Below, piece by piece: positions 17,330 through 25,905 of a stretch of 36,686 nucleotides of DNA. The notes below the pieces were generated by a model, which was given only the letters and a program-made list of their open reading frames with translations, did not search any database and had not been told where the DNA came from. Position 1 is the first letter of the stretch. The number at the start of each line of letters is the position of its first letter. Made by a program: the position numbers and the translations under genes. Source of the stretch: Anaerolineales bacterium (lineage in GTDB: Bacteria > Chloroflexota > Anaerolineae > Anaerolineales > Villigracilaceae); the NCBI GenBank assembly GCA_046704785.1, contig JBJKRF010000136.1:1-36686 (forward strand), given 5' to 3'.

Positions 17330-18564
17330 GTTGGCCTCGTAAAGAGGCTGATGCTCTCGATGTGATAGGTCTGCGGGAAAAGGTCGAACGGTGTGACTTG
17401 TTCCAATCGGTAACCGCCGTCCAGCAAGCGGCGCGCATCGCGCGCCAGGGTGGCTGGGTCGCAGGAAACGTAGACCAGGCGACCCGCCGCGAGGGTCAGG
17501 AGCGCTGCGAGGGCTTTCTTCTCCAACCCGGCGCGCGGTGGATCGACGAGCACCGCGTCTGGTCGGACGCCCAGGCTGGGCAGGACGACCTCTGCCGCTG
17601 CTTCGTAAAGCTCCACATTCTCGAATTCATCCAGGTTGACGGCAAAATCCTCGCAGGCCGACGGCGAGGCTTCCACCCCGATCAGGCGCCGATAGCGTGG
17701 GGCCAGAAAAGCCGAGAATAAACCGACTCCGCAATAGACTTCCAGAATTGTGGACGAAGGAGGCACTTCGTCGAACAGGGATAAGACGTGCTCGACCATT
17801 TTGGCCGCCATGGCAGTGTTTACCTGAAAGAAGGAGGCGGCCGAAACACAAAACCGGCGGCCTAGCACCTCAAAGAGCAGGTCGGGCTCTCCGGCCAATG
17901 TGACGGCGTCGTCGCCTGCCAAGTGCACAACCGAAATCCCGGATTCGAGTTCCAGGGCGGGTACGTCGGCGGATTGCGACTCGAGCATCAGCATCAATTC
18001 ATCGTCCACGCCGCAGCGCAACGGGACCCGTTCAAGGGGCGTTCCGGGCTCGAATTCGAGGCGCGGCCACAGGGCATCGAGTGCAGCAACAGGCAGGTGA
18101 CATTCGTCGACCGGCAGAACAGCCTGCGGGTGGCCCGCTGCGGCGAATCCTAAACGGCCAGAGTCCGTTAGATGAAATTGAACGTGGTTACGATAATTCC
18201 ATTCCACGGGCGAGGGGACGATGTCGCGCATGGGTGGTTCCGTAATGCGCCCAATGCGCGTCAACTGTTCGCGCAGAATGTCCATTTTGGCCGTCAACTG
18301 GGCTGCATACGGCAGGTGCTGGTAGTGGCATCCACCGCAGACGCCGAAATGGGCGCAACGCGGCGTAATGCGCGCCGGCGAGGGCGTGAGCACTTCCAAC
18401 AACTCGGCGCGCGCGAAACTGCGCTTCTCCTCGCGCAGGCGCACACGCACACGTTCCCCTGGCAGCGCAAAAGGCACAAAGACCGCGCGGCCATCGTCCA
18501 AGCGTCCCATGGAGTCGCCGCCGTAGGTCAGCGTGGTAGGAACAATTTCAACCGTTTTGTCCAT
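17326..18564 (-). CDS. TRAM-domain class I SAM-dependent RNA (uracil-5)-methyltransferase, RlmD/RumA-like
   Basis: N-terminal TRAM fold, then the Fe-S motif C-x5-C-x2-C (CAHFGVCGGCHYQH), then FFQVN and VLVDPPRAG methyltransferase motifs and a C-terminal DLFPQTYHIESI. The start is ambiguous. ATG 18564 (MDKTV) is preferred over GTG 18600, which would place a stable hairpin inside the coding start. Neither has a clear SD. Confidence 0.8.
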   Translation of the reverse strand: MDKTVEIVPTTLTYGGDSMGRLDDGRAVFVPFALPGERVRVRLREEKRSFARAELLEVLTPSPARITPRCAHFGVCGGCHYQHLPYAAQLTAKMDILREQLTRIGRITEPPMRDIVPSPVEWNYRNHVQFHLTDSGRLGFAAAGHPQAVLPVDECHLPVAALDALWPRLEFEPGTPLERVPLRCGVDDELMLMLESQSADVPALELESGISVVHLAGDDAVTLAGEPDLLFEVLGRRFCVSAASFFQVNTAMAAKMVEHVLSLFDEVPPSSTILEVYCGVGLFSAFLAPRYRRLIGVEASPSACEDFAVNLDEFENVELYEAAAEVVLPSLGVRPDAVLVDPPRAGLEKKALAALLTLAAGRLVYVSCDPATLARDARRLLDGGYRLEQVTPFDLFPQTYHIESISLFTRPT

Positions 18565-18574
18565 AAAAGCCAAG

Positions 18575-18598
18575 GGGGACACACGGTTGTGTGTCCCC
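18575..18598. repeat. GC-rich hairpin GGGGACACAC-ggtt-GTGTGTCCCC
   Basis: 10-bp perfect stem between the small membrane-protein gene and the methyltransferase start. It is alternating Pu/Py (AC)n/(GT)n flanked by G4/C4. Confidence 0.5.
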
Positions 18599-18664
18599 AC
18601 AATTTTCTGACGAAGGTCACTTATGATGCTCTAGGATTTCCCGTGGTGATAAAAAGAGCCCCAC

Positions 18665-18865
18665 TTATTTGATGAAGAGGGGCAGAATAAATGAGAGCGC
18701 GATCAACACGGCAAAGAACGTGGCAGCCAGCACGCCAATGCGCTTAAGGTCGTGTTTGATATAGGTATAGTCGGGGTTGAATTCCACCGATACCGCATTG
18801 CGTTGGATACCGGCAAATGTCGGGGCCGACTTGATGCTCGATCTTCTTCTGGATTTTTTTGCCAT
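18665..18865 (-). CDS. Small (66 aa) tail-anchored membrane protein, hypothetical
   Basis: Strong AGGAGAGAA RBS. The N-terminus is basic (MAKKSRRRSS) and there is a single C-terminal TM helix. It lies between the sortase and methyltransferase genes in the same orientation. Confidence 0.55.
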   Translation of the reverse strand: MAKKSRRRSSIKSAPTFAGIQRNAVSVEFNPDYTYIKHDLKRIGVLAATFFAVLIALSFILPLFIK

Positions 18866-18874
18866 ATTTCTCTC

Positions 18875-19792
18875 CTAAGGATTTTGTAACACAGCGGAAA
18901 CAACGATCCGCTGTTTATCAACGAGGTAAGGATAACACGAAATCAACGTTACGACGGCATTCGACGTGGGCGCCATCACTTCCACTTGCGTGGGCTCGAC
19001 GATCTGTGTACCGGTGACGACGTACGTATACTGACGTTGACTGGTATACAGGACGACAACATCGCCGGCTTTGAGCTTATCCAGGTCACGGAAGATCTCG
19101 CCAAAAATGTCGTTGTGAGCCGACAAGACCATGTTCCCTGACTCACCCGGATTTGGCGTCCCCACATGTTGGCCGACGCCCTTCTTGAGCTGTTCCCAGC
19201 CGTCCCCCTGCACCACGGGCGCATCCACGTTGATCGCCGGAACCTGGATACGAATGGCTTGCTGCGGGCCGGCAGTGGGTACCGGAATATTGGCAATCGA
19301 CTGCGCGATGGGCCGCAAATGCTCCGGGATTTCGGCTTCGTTGGGCTGCGCCCCTTGCGGCGAGTTCGGCGGCGTGTGTCCCGAAGGCAGCACCACGGCA
19401 GTGATGAGCGGCGTCGGCGAGGGCGTCGCCTGCTGAAAGGAGGCCACCGCATTTCGATTGAGCGTCTGCAGGATGGAAAGGCCGTTGGCGACAACGCCGA
19501 TAAGCCCAACGACCGCCAGCACTTCAACGGCCAACAGCGCCCGATCGATCCAAACACGACGCCGACTACGGGGCGTTGCGGCCTGGGCCGTCTCGGCGGC
19601 CCCGGGCGTATCCACTACGCGCCCCAGCCGAAGGTCCGACTCCACATCGGGCGAAACATCCGGAGCAACAGAGACCACGCGGCCCGTCCGGCGAAAGTGC
19701 TCCAGGCGGTCTTTGCGTGACACCCGGCGTTTATCCAGCAACAAACGGCGCAGTTCTTCTACCGAGAGATCTTCCGGACGCTTTTCAGTCAT
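18875..19792 (-). CDS. Sortase-family transpeptidase (class E-like), membrane anchored
   Basis: Cytoplasmic basic N-terminus, TM helix, Pro-rich linker, then a sortase domain with catalytic TLISCYP (TLXTC motif) and an LSAHND His region. A TATAAT lies 10 nt upstream of the ATG on the minus strand, which suggests a leaderless transcript. Confidence 0.8.
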   Translation of the reverse strand: MTEKRPEDLSVEELRRLLLDKRRVSRKDRLEHFRRTGRVVSVAPDVSPDVESDLRLGRVVDTPGAAETAQAATPRSRRRVWIDRALLAVEVLAVVGLIGVVANGLSILQTLNRNAVASFQQATPSPTPLITAVVLPSGHTPPNSPQGAQPNEAEIPEHLRPIAQSIANIPVPTAGPQQAIRIQVPAINVDAPVVQGDGWEQLKKGVGQHVGTPNPGESGNMVLSAHNDIFGEIFRDLDKLKAGDVVVLYTSQRQYTYVVTGTQIVEPTQVEVMAPTSNAVVTLISCYPYLVDKQRIVVSAVLQNP

Positions 19793-20122
19793 GCAAGGAG
19801 ATTATACCGCAAGGCCTTAAGGGTTGTCTTGCGACAAAATGTGATTCATTGGGAATCTGCGGAAAGAATTTCAAGACGCGAGTTGTGCCTTTGCCAAGGT
19901 TCTCGTCCACCATTATCCGCGCGTCTACGGTTGGTCACAATTTTTCAACTGGAAACCCATGTTACAAACCTTGAATGATTTGCTCGTCTTATGATGGGAA
20001 CTGGTCGTCAGAAAAGAACATGTACAAATCCGAAACAGTGAAGGCTAATCTCGGCGCACTCTTCAACCGATTCAATAGCCACAAGAGCCACAAAACGGTC
20101 TAGACAAGTACAAAATTACAGG

Positions 20123-20150
20123 TTGCCATTCGAAGGAATCTCTGTATAAT
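20123..20150 (+). promoter_or_regulatory. Near-consensus sigma70-type promoter TTGCCA-16 nt-TATAAT
   Basis: -35 at 20123-20128 and -10 at 20145-20150. It sits about 64 nt upstream of the 63-aa gene, in an AT-rich spacer. Confidence 0.5.
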
Positions 20151-20213
20151 GAACTTACTCTTTCGCTTCGCCGATCTGGATGGGGCGAAATACTCATAAT
20201 GAGGAGGATCGAA

Positions 20214-20405
20214 ATGGCATTCAGCTATAAAAATTCACGTGGCACAACCTACTTCCTTCACGCTAAAATAACGACGAGTAACGGAAAATCACGCACACTT
20301 TATTTTTTCGCAAAGGAGCAGAAAAGCGGTGTATTGGACGCAGTGCCATCCGGCTACAAAGTAGCAGAGACGCCAAACGGCCTGCCCGTGCTTAAAAAGG
20401 CATAA
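20214..20405 (+). CDS. Small (63 aa) basic hypothetical protein
   Basis: GAGGAGG RBS lies 6 nt before ATG 20214. A consensus promoter lies upstream and a strong terminator immediately downstream. GC content is clearly lower than that of its neighbours. I recognise no family (MAFSYKNSRGTTYFLHAKITTSNGKSRTLYFFAK...). Confidence 0.55.
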   Translation: MAFSYKNSRGTTYFLHAKITTSNGKSRTLYFFAKEQKSGVLDAVPSGYKVAETPNGLPVLKKA

Positions 20406-20414
20406 CGAATGCAA

Positions 20415-20447
20415 ACCGGTTCTCGCCACGGAGAGCCGGTTTTTTTT
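20415..20447 (+). terminator. Rho-independent terminator
   Basis: ACCGGTTCTC-gccacg-GAGAGCCGGT (10 bp with one G-U pair) followed by TTTTTTT. Confidence 0.8.
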
Positions 20448-20619
20448 CGACCCTCAAAGATTTCTCGAAAACAAGAAAGTAAGAGGGCCATACGCAGTAG
20501 AAGCGAAACTATTTTGTCATGACGATTCTCAGAAGCCTCAAATATGTTGCATTAAGCGGCAAGCCCAGGTAAGATAAATCCAGGAAATCGCAGAAACCGG
20601 CATAGCATTGGAGGCAGGT

Positions 20620-21384
20620 ATGGAAATTCTCGGCATCGATATTGGTGGGACTGGGATCAAAGGCGCGCCCGTCAACACCGACACAGGCGAGTTGCTCGCG
20701 CCCCGCCAACGCATCCTAACGCCCAACCCGGCCAAGCCCAAACCCGTCGCCAAAGTGGTGGCAGAACTTGCCAACCGTTTTAAATGGGTGGGCCCCATTG
20801 GAATCGGCTTTCCGGCTGTGGTCAAGCATGGCGTTACTTTGACAGCCGCCAACGTTCACAGGAAGTGGGTCGACTTGGGCGCAGAAGAACTGCTCGCAGA
20901 AACAACCCATTGCAGGGTGCACATGATCAACGACGCGGACGCCGCCGGGATGGCTGAGATGAAGTTCGGGGCAGGCAAGGGCCGCAAAGACCTGGTATTG
21001 ATGATCACCATCGGTACCGGCATTGGCACGGCACTTTTCTATCAAGGCATATTGGTGCCCAACACCGAGCTGGGACATATCGAGATCGAGGGCGAGGACG
21101 CGGAAAAAACGGCCTCTGAGGTGGTGCGCATCCGGGAAAAGCTCAGTTGGAAGAAATGGAGCGAACACTTCAACACATATTTACAAGAAATCGAGTCTTT
21201 GTTGTGGCCAGACCTGATCATCCTGGGGGGTGGGGCCAGCAAGGAGGCCGAGAAGTTCCTGTCGCGCCTGGATGTACGGGCGCAGGTCGTCCCGGCGGCA
21301 TTACTCAACGAGGCAGGCATCGTCGGGGCGGCGCTCGCCATGGAACAAGTCCTGCTTCGTGAGCAGAAAAAAGGCAAAAGGTAG
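20620..21384 (+). CDS. ppgK: Polyphosphate glucokinase (ROK family)
   Basis: [18 protein letters not shown]... closely resembles mycobacterial PpgK. The ROK sugar-kinase fold and a length of about 255 aa fit. GGAGG RBS. Supplied ORF 20608 starts at TTG. Confidence 0.8.
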   Translation: MEILGIDIGGTGIKGAPVNTDTGELLAPRQRILTPNPAKPKPVAKVVAELANRFKWVGPIGIGFPAVVKHGVTLTAANVHRKWVDLGAEELLAETTHCRVHMINDADAAGMAEMKFGAGKGRKDLVLMITIGTGIGTALFYQGILVPNTELGHIEIEGEDAEKTASEVVRIREKLSWKKWSEHFNTYLQEIESLLWPDLIILGGGASKEAEKFLSRLDVRAQVVPAALLNEAGIVGAALAMEQVLLREQKKGKR

Positions 21385-21387
21385 GGG

Positions 21388-21888
21388 ATGGCGCACTTCC
21401 TCGTCACACAATTGCGCTTCGCGCGCAGCGAATTCGTCCGTGGATTGGAAGGCATCTCTGCGGAGGACGCCGTCAAACGTCTCATGCCGATGAACTGCAT
21501 CAGTTGGATGATCGGCCATCTTGCCGACCAGGAGCAACGCTACTGGGTGCTGCATGCGCAGGGCCATTTGGTCGTTGCCGGGCTGAATGAACGGGTGGGA
21601 AACGGCCAACCCGCCAGCACGCCACCTTTGGACGAAATGTGGAGCGTCTGGAAGGCGATCACTGCCGCCGCCGATGAATATCTCGACACATTGACCTCGG
21701 AGATTCTGGCGAACACGCATCAACTGCGCGACAGCAAGCCCATGGACGACAATCTAGGCACACTGCTTCTCCGTAATATTTACCATTATTGGGTTCACAC
21801 AGGCGAGGTCTCGGCCATCCGCCAGATGCTCAACCACCCACAGCGGCCTGAATTCGTCGGTGACATGAGCGCAGTTAATTACCAGTGA
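21388..21888 (+). CDS. DinB-family (DinB_2/YfiT-like four-helix bundle) protein
   Basis: Length about 166 aa. His-containing motifs (IGHLADQE and [11 protein letters not shown]) are typical of DinB_2. The start is 3 nt after the ppgK stop. Confidence 0.65.
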   Translation: MAHFLVTQLRFARSEFVRGLEGISAEDAVKRLMPMNCISWMIGHLADQEQRYWVLHAQGHLVVAGLNERVGNGQPASTPPLDEMWSVWKAITAAADEYLDTLTSEILANTHQLRDSKPMDDNLGTLLLRNIYHYWVHTGEVSAIRQMLNHPQRPEFVGDMSAVNYQ

Positions 21889-22074
21889 AAAGAGTGCCCT
21901 GCCTACAAGCTATTTTCTCTTTGATTCGTGCTAGAATGCTTGCAAAGGAGTTTTGGGTTCTTTGAGATTTCCAGTGGTACGTGAGTAGGCGCCACCCATC
22001 TGCCTTATGCTGCTGATTCCCAGAGAGCCAAGTCTTAAGCACACAGAGGTTGTACGAAGAGAGGTAAACGTATC

Positions 22075-22776
22075 ATGAACTTCCGGGTTGGAATCGAGAA
22101 TAATAACGAGGGCATCCGCTCCATTGCCTGGGCATTGGAGCATCCCGGCTGTTACGCCTACGGCAAGAACGCCGACGAGGCCTTGAACCGCTTGCCGGCT
22201 GCCATCCGCGCCTATTCGGATTGGATCAACCATCACGGACCCTCCTGGCTGCGGGCGGAGCACATCGAACTGAATGTTGAGAGCGTGTGGGACGATTACT
22301 ACGTCAACGATAAGTTGGAACGCGTCCCGGCCAGCGAGGACGCGCTGACGGTTGAGTCCTGGTTCCAGTATGACTGGAAACCGTTGACCGCAGATGAGAT
22401 CGAGCGCGGCCTGAAATTGCTCGAATGGAGCCGGGCCAGCCTGCTCAAATTGACCAGCGACTTGAGCCCGGAAAAGCTCGACCAGCGTTATCCAAACGAA
22501 CGCTGGAGCATCAGCGGTATTCTGCGTCACCTGGGCGGGGCCGAATGGTGGTACATGGACGGCATTGGCAAGGCATTCCCGAAGAGCCGCCTGCCCAAAG
22601 AGACCATGAAACGTCTGGAAAAAGTTCGTGCGGCGTTAATCGGGGTGCTGCCCAAACTGGAAGGCGTCAAACTGGTTAGCGGCAGGGATGGCGAATTCTG
22701 GAGTCCGCGTAAAATGCTGCGCCGCGCGCTGTGGCACGAACGCGACCACACCGACCACATCCGCAAATTGTTGTAG
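22075..22776 (+). CDS. Fusion protein: N-terminal HicB-like/UPF0150 domain plus C-terminal DinB_2-like domain
   Basis: N-terminal WALEHPGCYAYGKNADEALNRLPAAIRAY matches the HicB-like antitoxin-fold signature (PGC..G.T.EEA). C-terminal LRHLGGAEWWY...WHERDHTDHIRKL is DinB-like. No HicA-like ORF is adjacent. Confidence 0.6.
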   Translation: MNFRVGIENNNEGIRSIAWALEHPGCYAYGKNADEALNRLPAAIRAYSDWINHHGPSWLRAEHIELNVESVWDDYYVNDKLERVPASEDALTVESWFQYDWKPLTADEIERGLKLLEWSRASLLKLTSDLSPEKLDQRYPNERWSISGILRHLGGAEWWYMDGIGKAFPKSRLPKETMKRLEKVRAALIGVLPKLEGVKLVSGRDGEFWSPRKMLRRALWHERDHTDHIRKLL

Positions 22777-22924
22777 TTGGGCTACAATTTTCGTCTGTTC
22801 GCCGCGAACAAGAAAAGGGGAGAAACCGCACGTGACGGCGATCTTTGCAACTGGTCGTTGCTATCGCCCTGACAGCACACTCAATTGATTCCTTCCCGGA
22901 AGACCCAGGAACCTGGAGGCAAAC

Positions 22925-23908
22925 ATGGAAACTCGTGAATTGGGACACACCGGTTGGCAGGTGTCCACCATCAGTTTTGGCACATGGGCCATTGGCGGCA
23001 CCTGGGGCGAAGTGGACGACAAAATATCGCTCTCGGCCCTGCACCGCGCTCTCGACCTGGGTGTGAACTTTTTCGATACGGCAGATGTCTACGGCGACGG
23101 GCGCAGCGAACGCCTGCTGGCGCAACTTCGCAAAGAGCGCAGTGAACCTTTTTATATCGCGACGAAGGCCGGACGACGGCTGGATCCGCACACCGCCGAG
23201 GGGTACAACCGTCAGAACCTGACCGCTTTTGTAGAACGCAGCCTGAAGAACCTGGAGACGGAGGCGTTGGACCTGCTCCAACTGCATTGTCCGCCCAGCG
23301 AAGTCTATTACATGCCCGAAGTCTTTGACGTGTTGGACGATCTGGTCAAAGCTGGAAAACTACGGTATTACGGCGTCAGCGTGGAGAAGGTTGAAGAGGC
23401 GCTCAAGGCCATCGAATATCCGGGCATTCAATCGGTGCAGATTATTTTCAACATCTTCCGCCAACGTCCCAGCGAACTGTTCTTCGAGCAGGCGCAGCGC
23501 CGTCAGGTCGGCATTCTGGCCCGTGTACCGCTGGTGTCTGGGTTGTTGGCCGGCAAATTCACCTCCACGAGTCGCTTTGCAGCAGACGACCATCGCGCTT
23601 TCAACCGGAACGGCGAGGCCTTCGACCGCGGCGAAACTTTTGCCGGAATCGACTACGAAACCGGGCTGCGGGCAGTGGAGGCTTTGCGTCCCCTGGTACC
23701 GTCAGGCCAGACCATGGCCCAGTTTGCGCTACGCTGGATTTTGCACTTTCCCGCGGTGACTTGCGCCATCCCTGGCGCCAAACGCCCGGCGCAGGTGGAG
23801 GAAAACGTCACCGCCGCCGACTTGCCGCCGTTGTCAGAGTCGACGATCGAGGCCGTGCACGAAGTTTACGATCATTATGCCCGCCCGCACGTGCATCATT
23901 ACTGGTAA
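22925..23908 (+). CDS. Aldo/keto reductase family oxidoreductase
   Basis: LGHTGWQVSTISFGTW...FFDTADVYG and C-terminal IPGAKRPAQVEEN are typical AKR motifs. GGAGG RBS. Confidence 0.85.
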   Translation: METRELGHTGWQVSTISFGTWAIGGTWGEVDDKISLSALHRALDLGVNFFDTADVYGDGRSERLLAQLRKERSEPFYIATKAGRRLDPHTAEGYNRQNLTAFVERSLKNLETEALDLLQLHCPPSEVYYMPEVFDVLDDLVKAGKLRYYGVSVEKVEEALKAIEYPGIQSVQIIFNIFRQRPSELFFEQAQRRQVGILARVPLVSGLLAGKFTSTSRFAADDHRAFNRNGEAFDRGETFAGIDYETGLRAVEALRPLVPSGQTMAQFALRWILHFPAVTCAIPGAKRPAQVEENVTAADLPPLSESTIEAVHEVYDHYARPHVHHYW

Positions 23909-24009
23909 ACCAGCCGCCGGCCAGAGCTGCCAAGCACTACAAAACTGTGAGCTTCACAAACAAAGAGTCCCCCGGTTTTGATGTAAAATTTTAATCTGGA
24001 GTGCTTGCC

Positions 24010-24969
24010 ATGAACATTCTCGTTACTGGCGTCACTGGTCTGGTTGGCAACCTGGTTGCGCGTCGTCTGGCATCCCAGGGCCACAAAGTTCGCGGAATGG
24101 TACGCAATTCCCAACGTACCGGCACGCTGCGCGAGGCGTTGAACGAAGTAGTCGAGGGAGACGTCGAACGTCCCGAAACGTTCGAACACATCGCCGAGGG
24201 GATCGATTCCATCGTCCATTGCGCCGGACTGGTGGGCTCCGGGCGCGGCACCGAAGACGATTATATGCGCATCAACGCCGAGGGCACGCGCTCCCTGTTG
24301 CGCGTGGCCCGCGAGGCCGGTGTGCAGCGCTTCGTCTTTATGAGCACGGTGGGCGTATACGGCACACACGTCTTTGGCGGGAATATCAAGGAAGATACGC
24401 CCTACCAGAGCAGCACGGGCTACACCGCCAGCAAAATCGCCGCAGAACAAACCCTCCGCGCTTTCGGCGTCCCCTACGTCATCTTGCGCCCTTACTGGAT
24501 CACCGGCGGCGGCGACCGCTTTCTAATCCCGCAGGTGGCCTATCTGTTGAAGAATGGCACCTTTACCTACATTGGCAAAGGGGATCAGGAATGGTCGTTG
24601 AGCGCCGCCGAGAACGTTGGACAGGCAGCGGCGCTGGCCGCCGTCCATCCACAGGCCGCCAACCGCATCTACAACGTGGCCGACGCTACGGTCAAGGTCA
24701 AAGACACCGTCGACATCATTGCGCAGACGTTGGGCGTGCCCCAGCCGACCAGGCATTCGTCTGTGGTCGGAGCAGCCTTCCGTTCTCTGCTCAACCGCTC
24801 CCCCGATAACCCGGCGCACATGACCGTTGACCTGTTCTCACCGCTCTTTCGCAGCATCACCATCAACTCCGACCGCATCCGCACAGAGCTGGGTTGGGAA
24901 CCGGAGGTGCCCTGGCAAGACTCGCTGCGGGCCGGCACCCTGGAGTGGAAACAGAAAAACTGGAACTGA
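24010..24969 (+). CDS. NAD-dependent epimerase/dehydratase (extended SDR) family protein
   Basis: N-terminal ILVTGVTGLVGNLV Rossmann motif and an about 320-aa SDR-e architecture. Supplied ORF 24001 starts at GTG. ATG 24010 was chosen. Confidence 0.8.
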   Translation: MNILVTGVTGLVGNLVARRLASQGHKVRGMVRNSQRTGTLREALNEVVEGDVERPETFEHIAEGIDSIVHCAGLVGSGRGTEDDYMRINAEGTRSLLRVAREAGVQRFVFMSTVGVYGTHVFGGNIKEDTPYQSSTGYTASKIAAEQTLRAFGVPYVILRPYWITGGGDRFLIPQVAYLLKNGTFTYIGKGDQEWSLSAAENVGQAAALAAVHPQAANRIYNVADATVKVKDTVDIIAQTLGVPQPTRHSSVVGAAFRSLLNRSPDNPAHMTVDLFSPLFRSITINSDRIRTELGWEPEVPWQDSLRAGTLEWKQKNWN

Positions 24970-24994
24970 ACCTGGCTTATCGCCAGGTTTTTTT
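24969..24994 (+). terminator. Rho-independent terminator after the epimerase gene
   Basis: AACCTGGC-ttatc-GCCAGGTT followed by TTTTTTT. Confidence 0.8.
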
Positions 24995-25140
24995 GCTCTC
25001 CAAGGTTTTCCGTGGTAGGGATAGATATGGGGGAATGTGCGGCGCTTCATCACGCTAATTCTCCAAGACTCCCAAAGAACCGTCGCTCAAAAGGTGGATT
25101 TTTCGGTACAATCAGGCATTCTGACCGGTAGGAGAGAGCG

Positions 25141-25872
25141 ATGGCTAAAAAGAAGGAATATATCCCCAAAATTGCAATGAGCATTTATGCGCATCCTGAT
25201 GACCAGGAATTTGGCGTGGCCGGCACACTCGCCAAGTGGGCGCGCGCCGGCACCGAGATCATCTCCGTCGTCATCACCAGCGGCGACGCCGGCTCGAACG
25301 ACCCGGCCAGGGATACCGCTTACAAAGCCGAACTGACCCGTATCCGCGAGGAAGAACAACGCGCTGCCAACCAGGTGATTGGCGTCAAAGAAGGCATCTT
25401 CCTGCATTATCCCGACGGAGAGCTGGTTGCCACGATCGAACTACGCAAAGAGCTGACCAAACTCATCCGGCGCTACAAGCCCGACGTGGTCGTGACGGGC
25501 GACCCACAAGGTGTGTTCTACGGAAAAGACTACATCAACCACCCCGACCATCGCGCCGCCGCCGAAGCTGCCACGTACGCGACCTTCCCCTCGGCAGGCA
25601 GCCGTCTGTTGTTCGCCGACCTGCTCGACGAGGGGTACGAACCTCACAACGTCAAGAAGCTATATATTCACATGGCCTCACGGCCCGACACCTGGGTGGA
25701 CATCAGCAAGACCATCGACATCAAGGTGGAGGCGCTCAAGAAGCACGTCAGCCAGATTGGCGATTGGGACGTGCGCAAAGAGATGCGCGCCTGGGCCAGG
25801 GCTGCGGGCCGCAAGAAGATGCTCAAGTTCGCCGAAACGTTCAAAGTGATGCGGCTGGTAGACGAAGAATAA
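25141..25872 (+). CDS. PIG-L/LmbE-family N-acetylglucosaminyl deacetylase
   Basis: AHPDDQE zinc-binding motif near the N-terminus. HPDH. GGAGAGAG RBS. Confidence 0.8.
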   Translation: MAKKKEYIPKIAMSIYAHPDDQEFGVAGTLAKWARAGTEIISVVITSGDAGSNDPARDTAYKAELTRIREEEQRAANQVIGVKEGIFLHYPDGELVATIELRKELTKLIRRYKPDVVVTGDPQGVFYGKDYINHPDHRAAAEAATYATFPSAGSRLLFADLLDEGYEPHNVKKLYIHMASRPDTWVDISKTIDIKVEALKKHVSQIGDWDVRKEMRAWARAAGRKKMLKFAETFKVMRLVDEE

Positions 25873-25905
25873 CGGCAAAGATCAGCAGCATTGGGTGTCA
25901 ATCAA

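Noticed and set aside
19793-20122. Short ORFs such as MMGTGRQKRTCTNPKQ in the long sortase/small-gene spacer
   Set aside because: They are 20 codons or fewer and have no RBS. The spacer more likely holds the divergent promoters.
22075-22400. HicB-like domain as evidence for a HicAB toxin-antitoxin system
   Set aside because: No HicA-sized ORF lies in the 186-nt upstream spacer or downstream. The domain is fused to a DinB-like domain instead.
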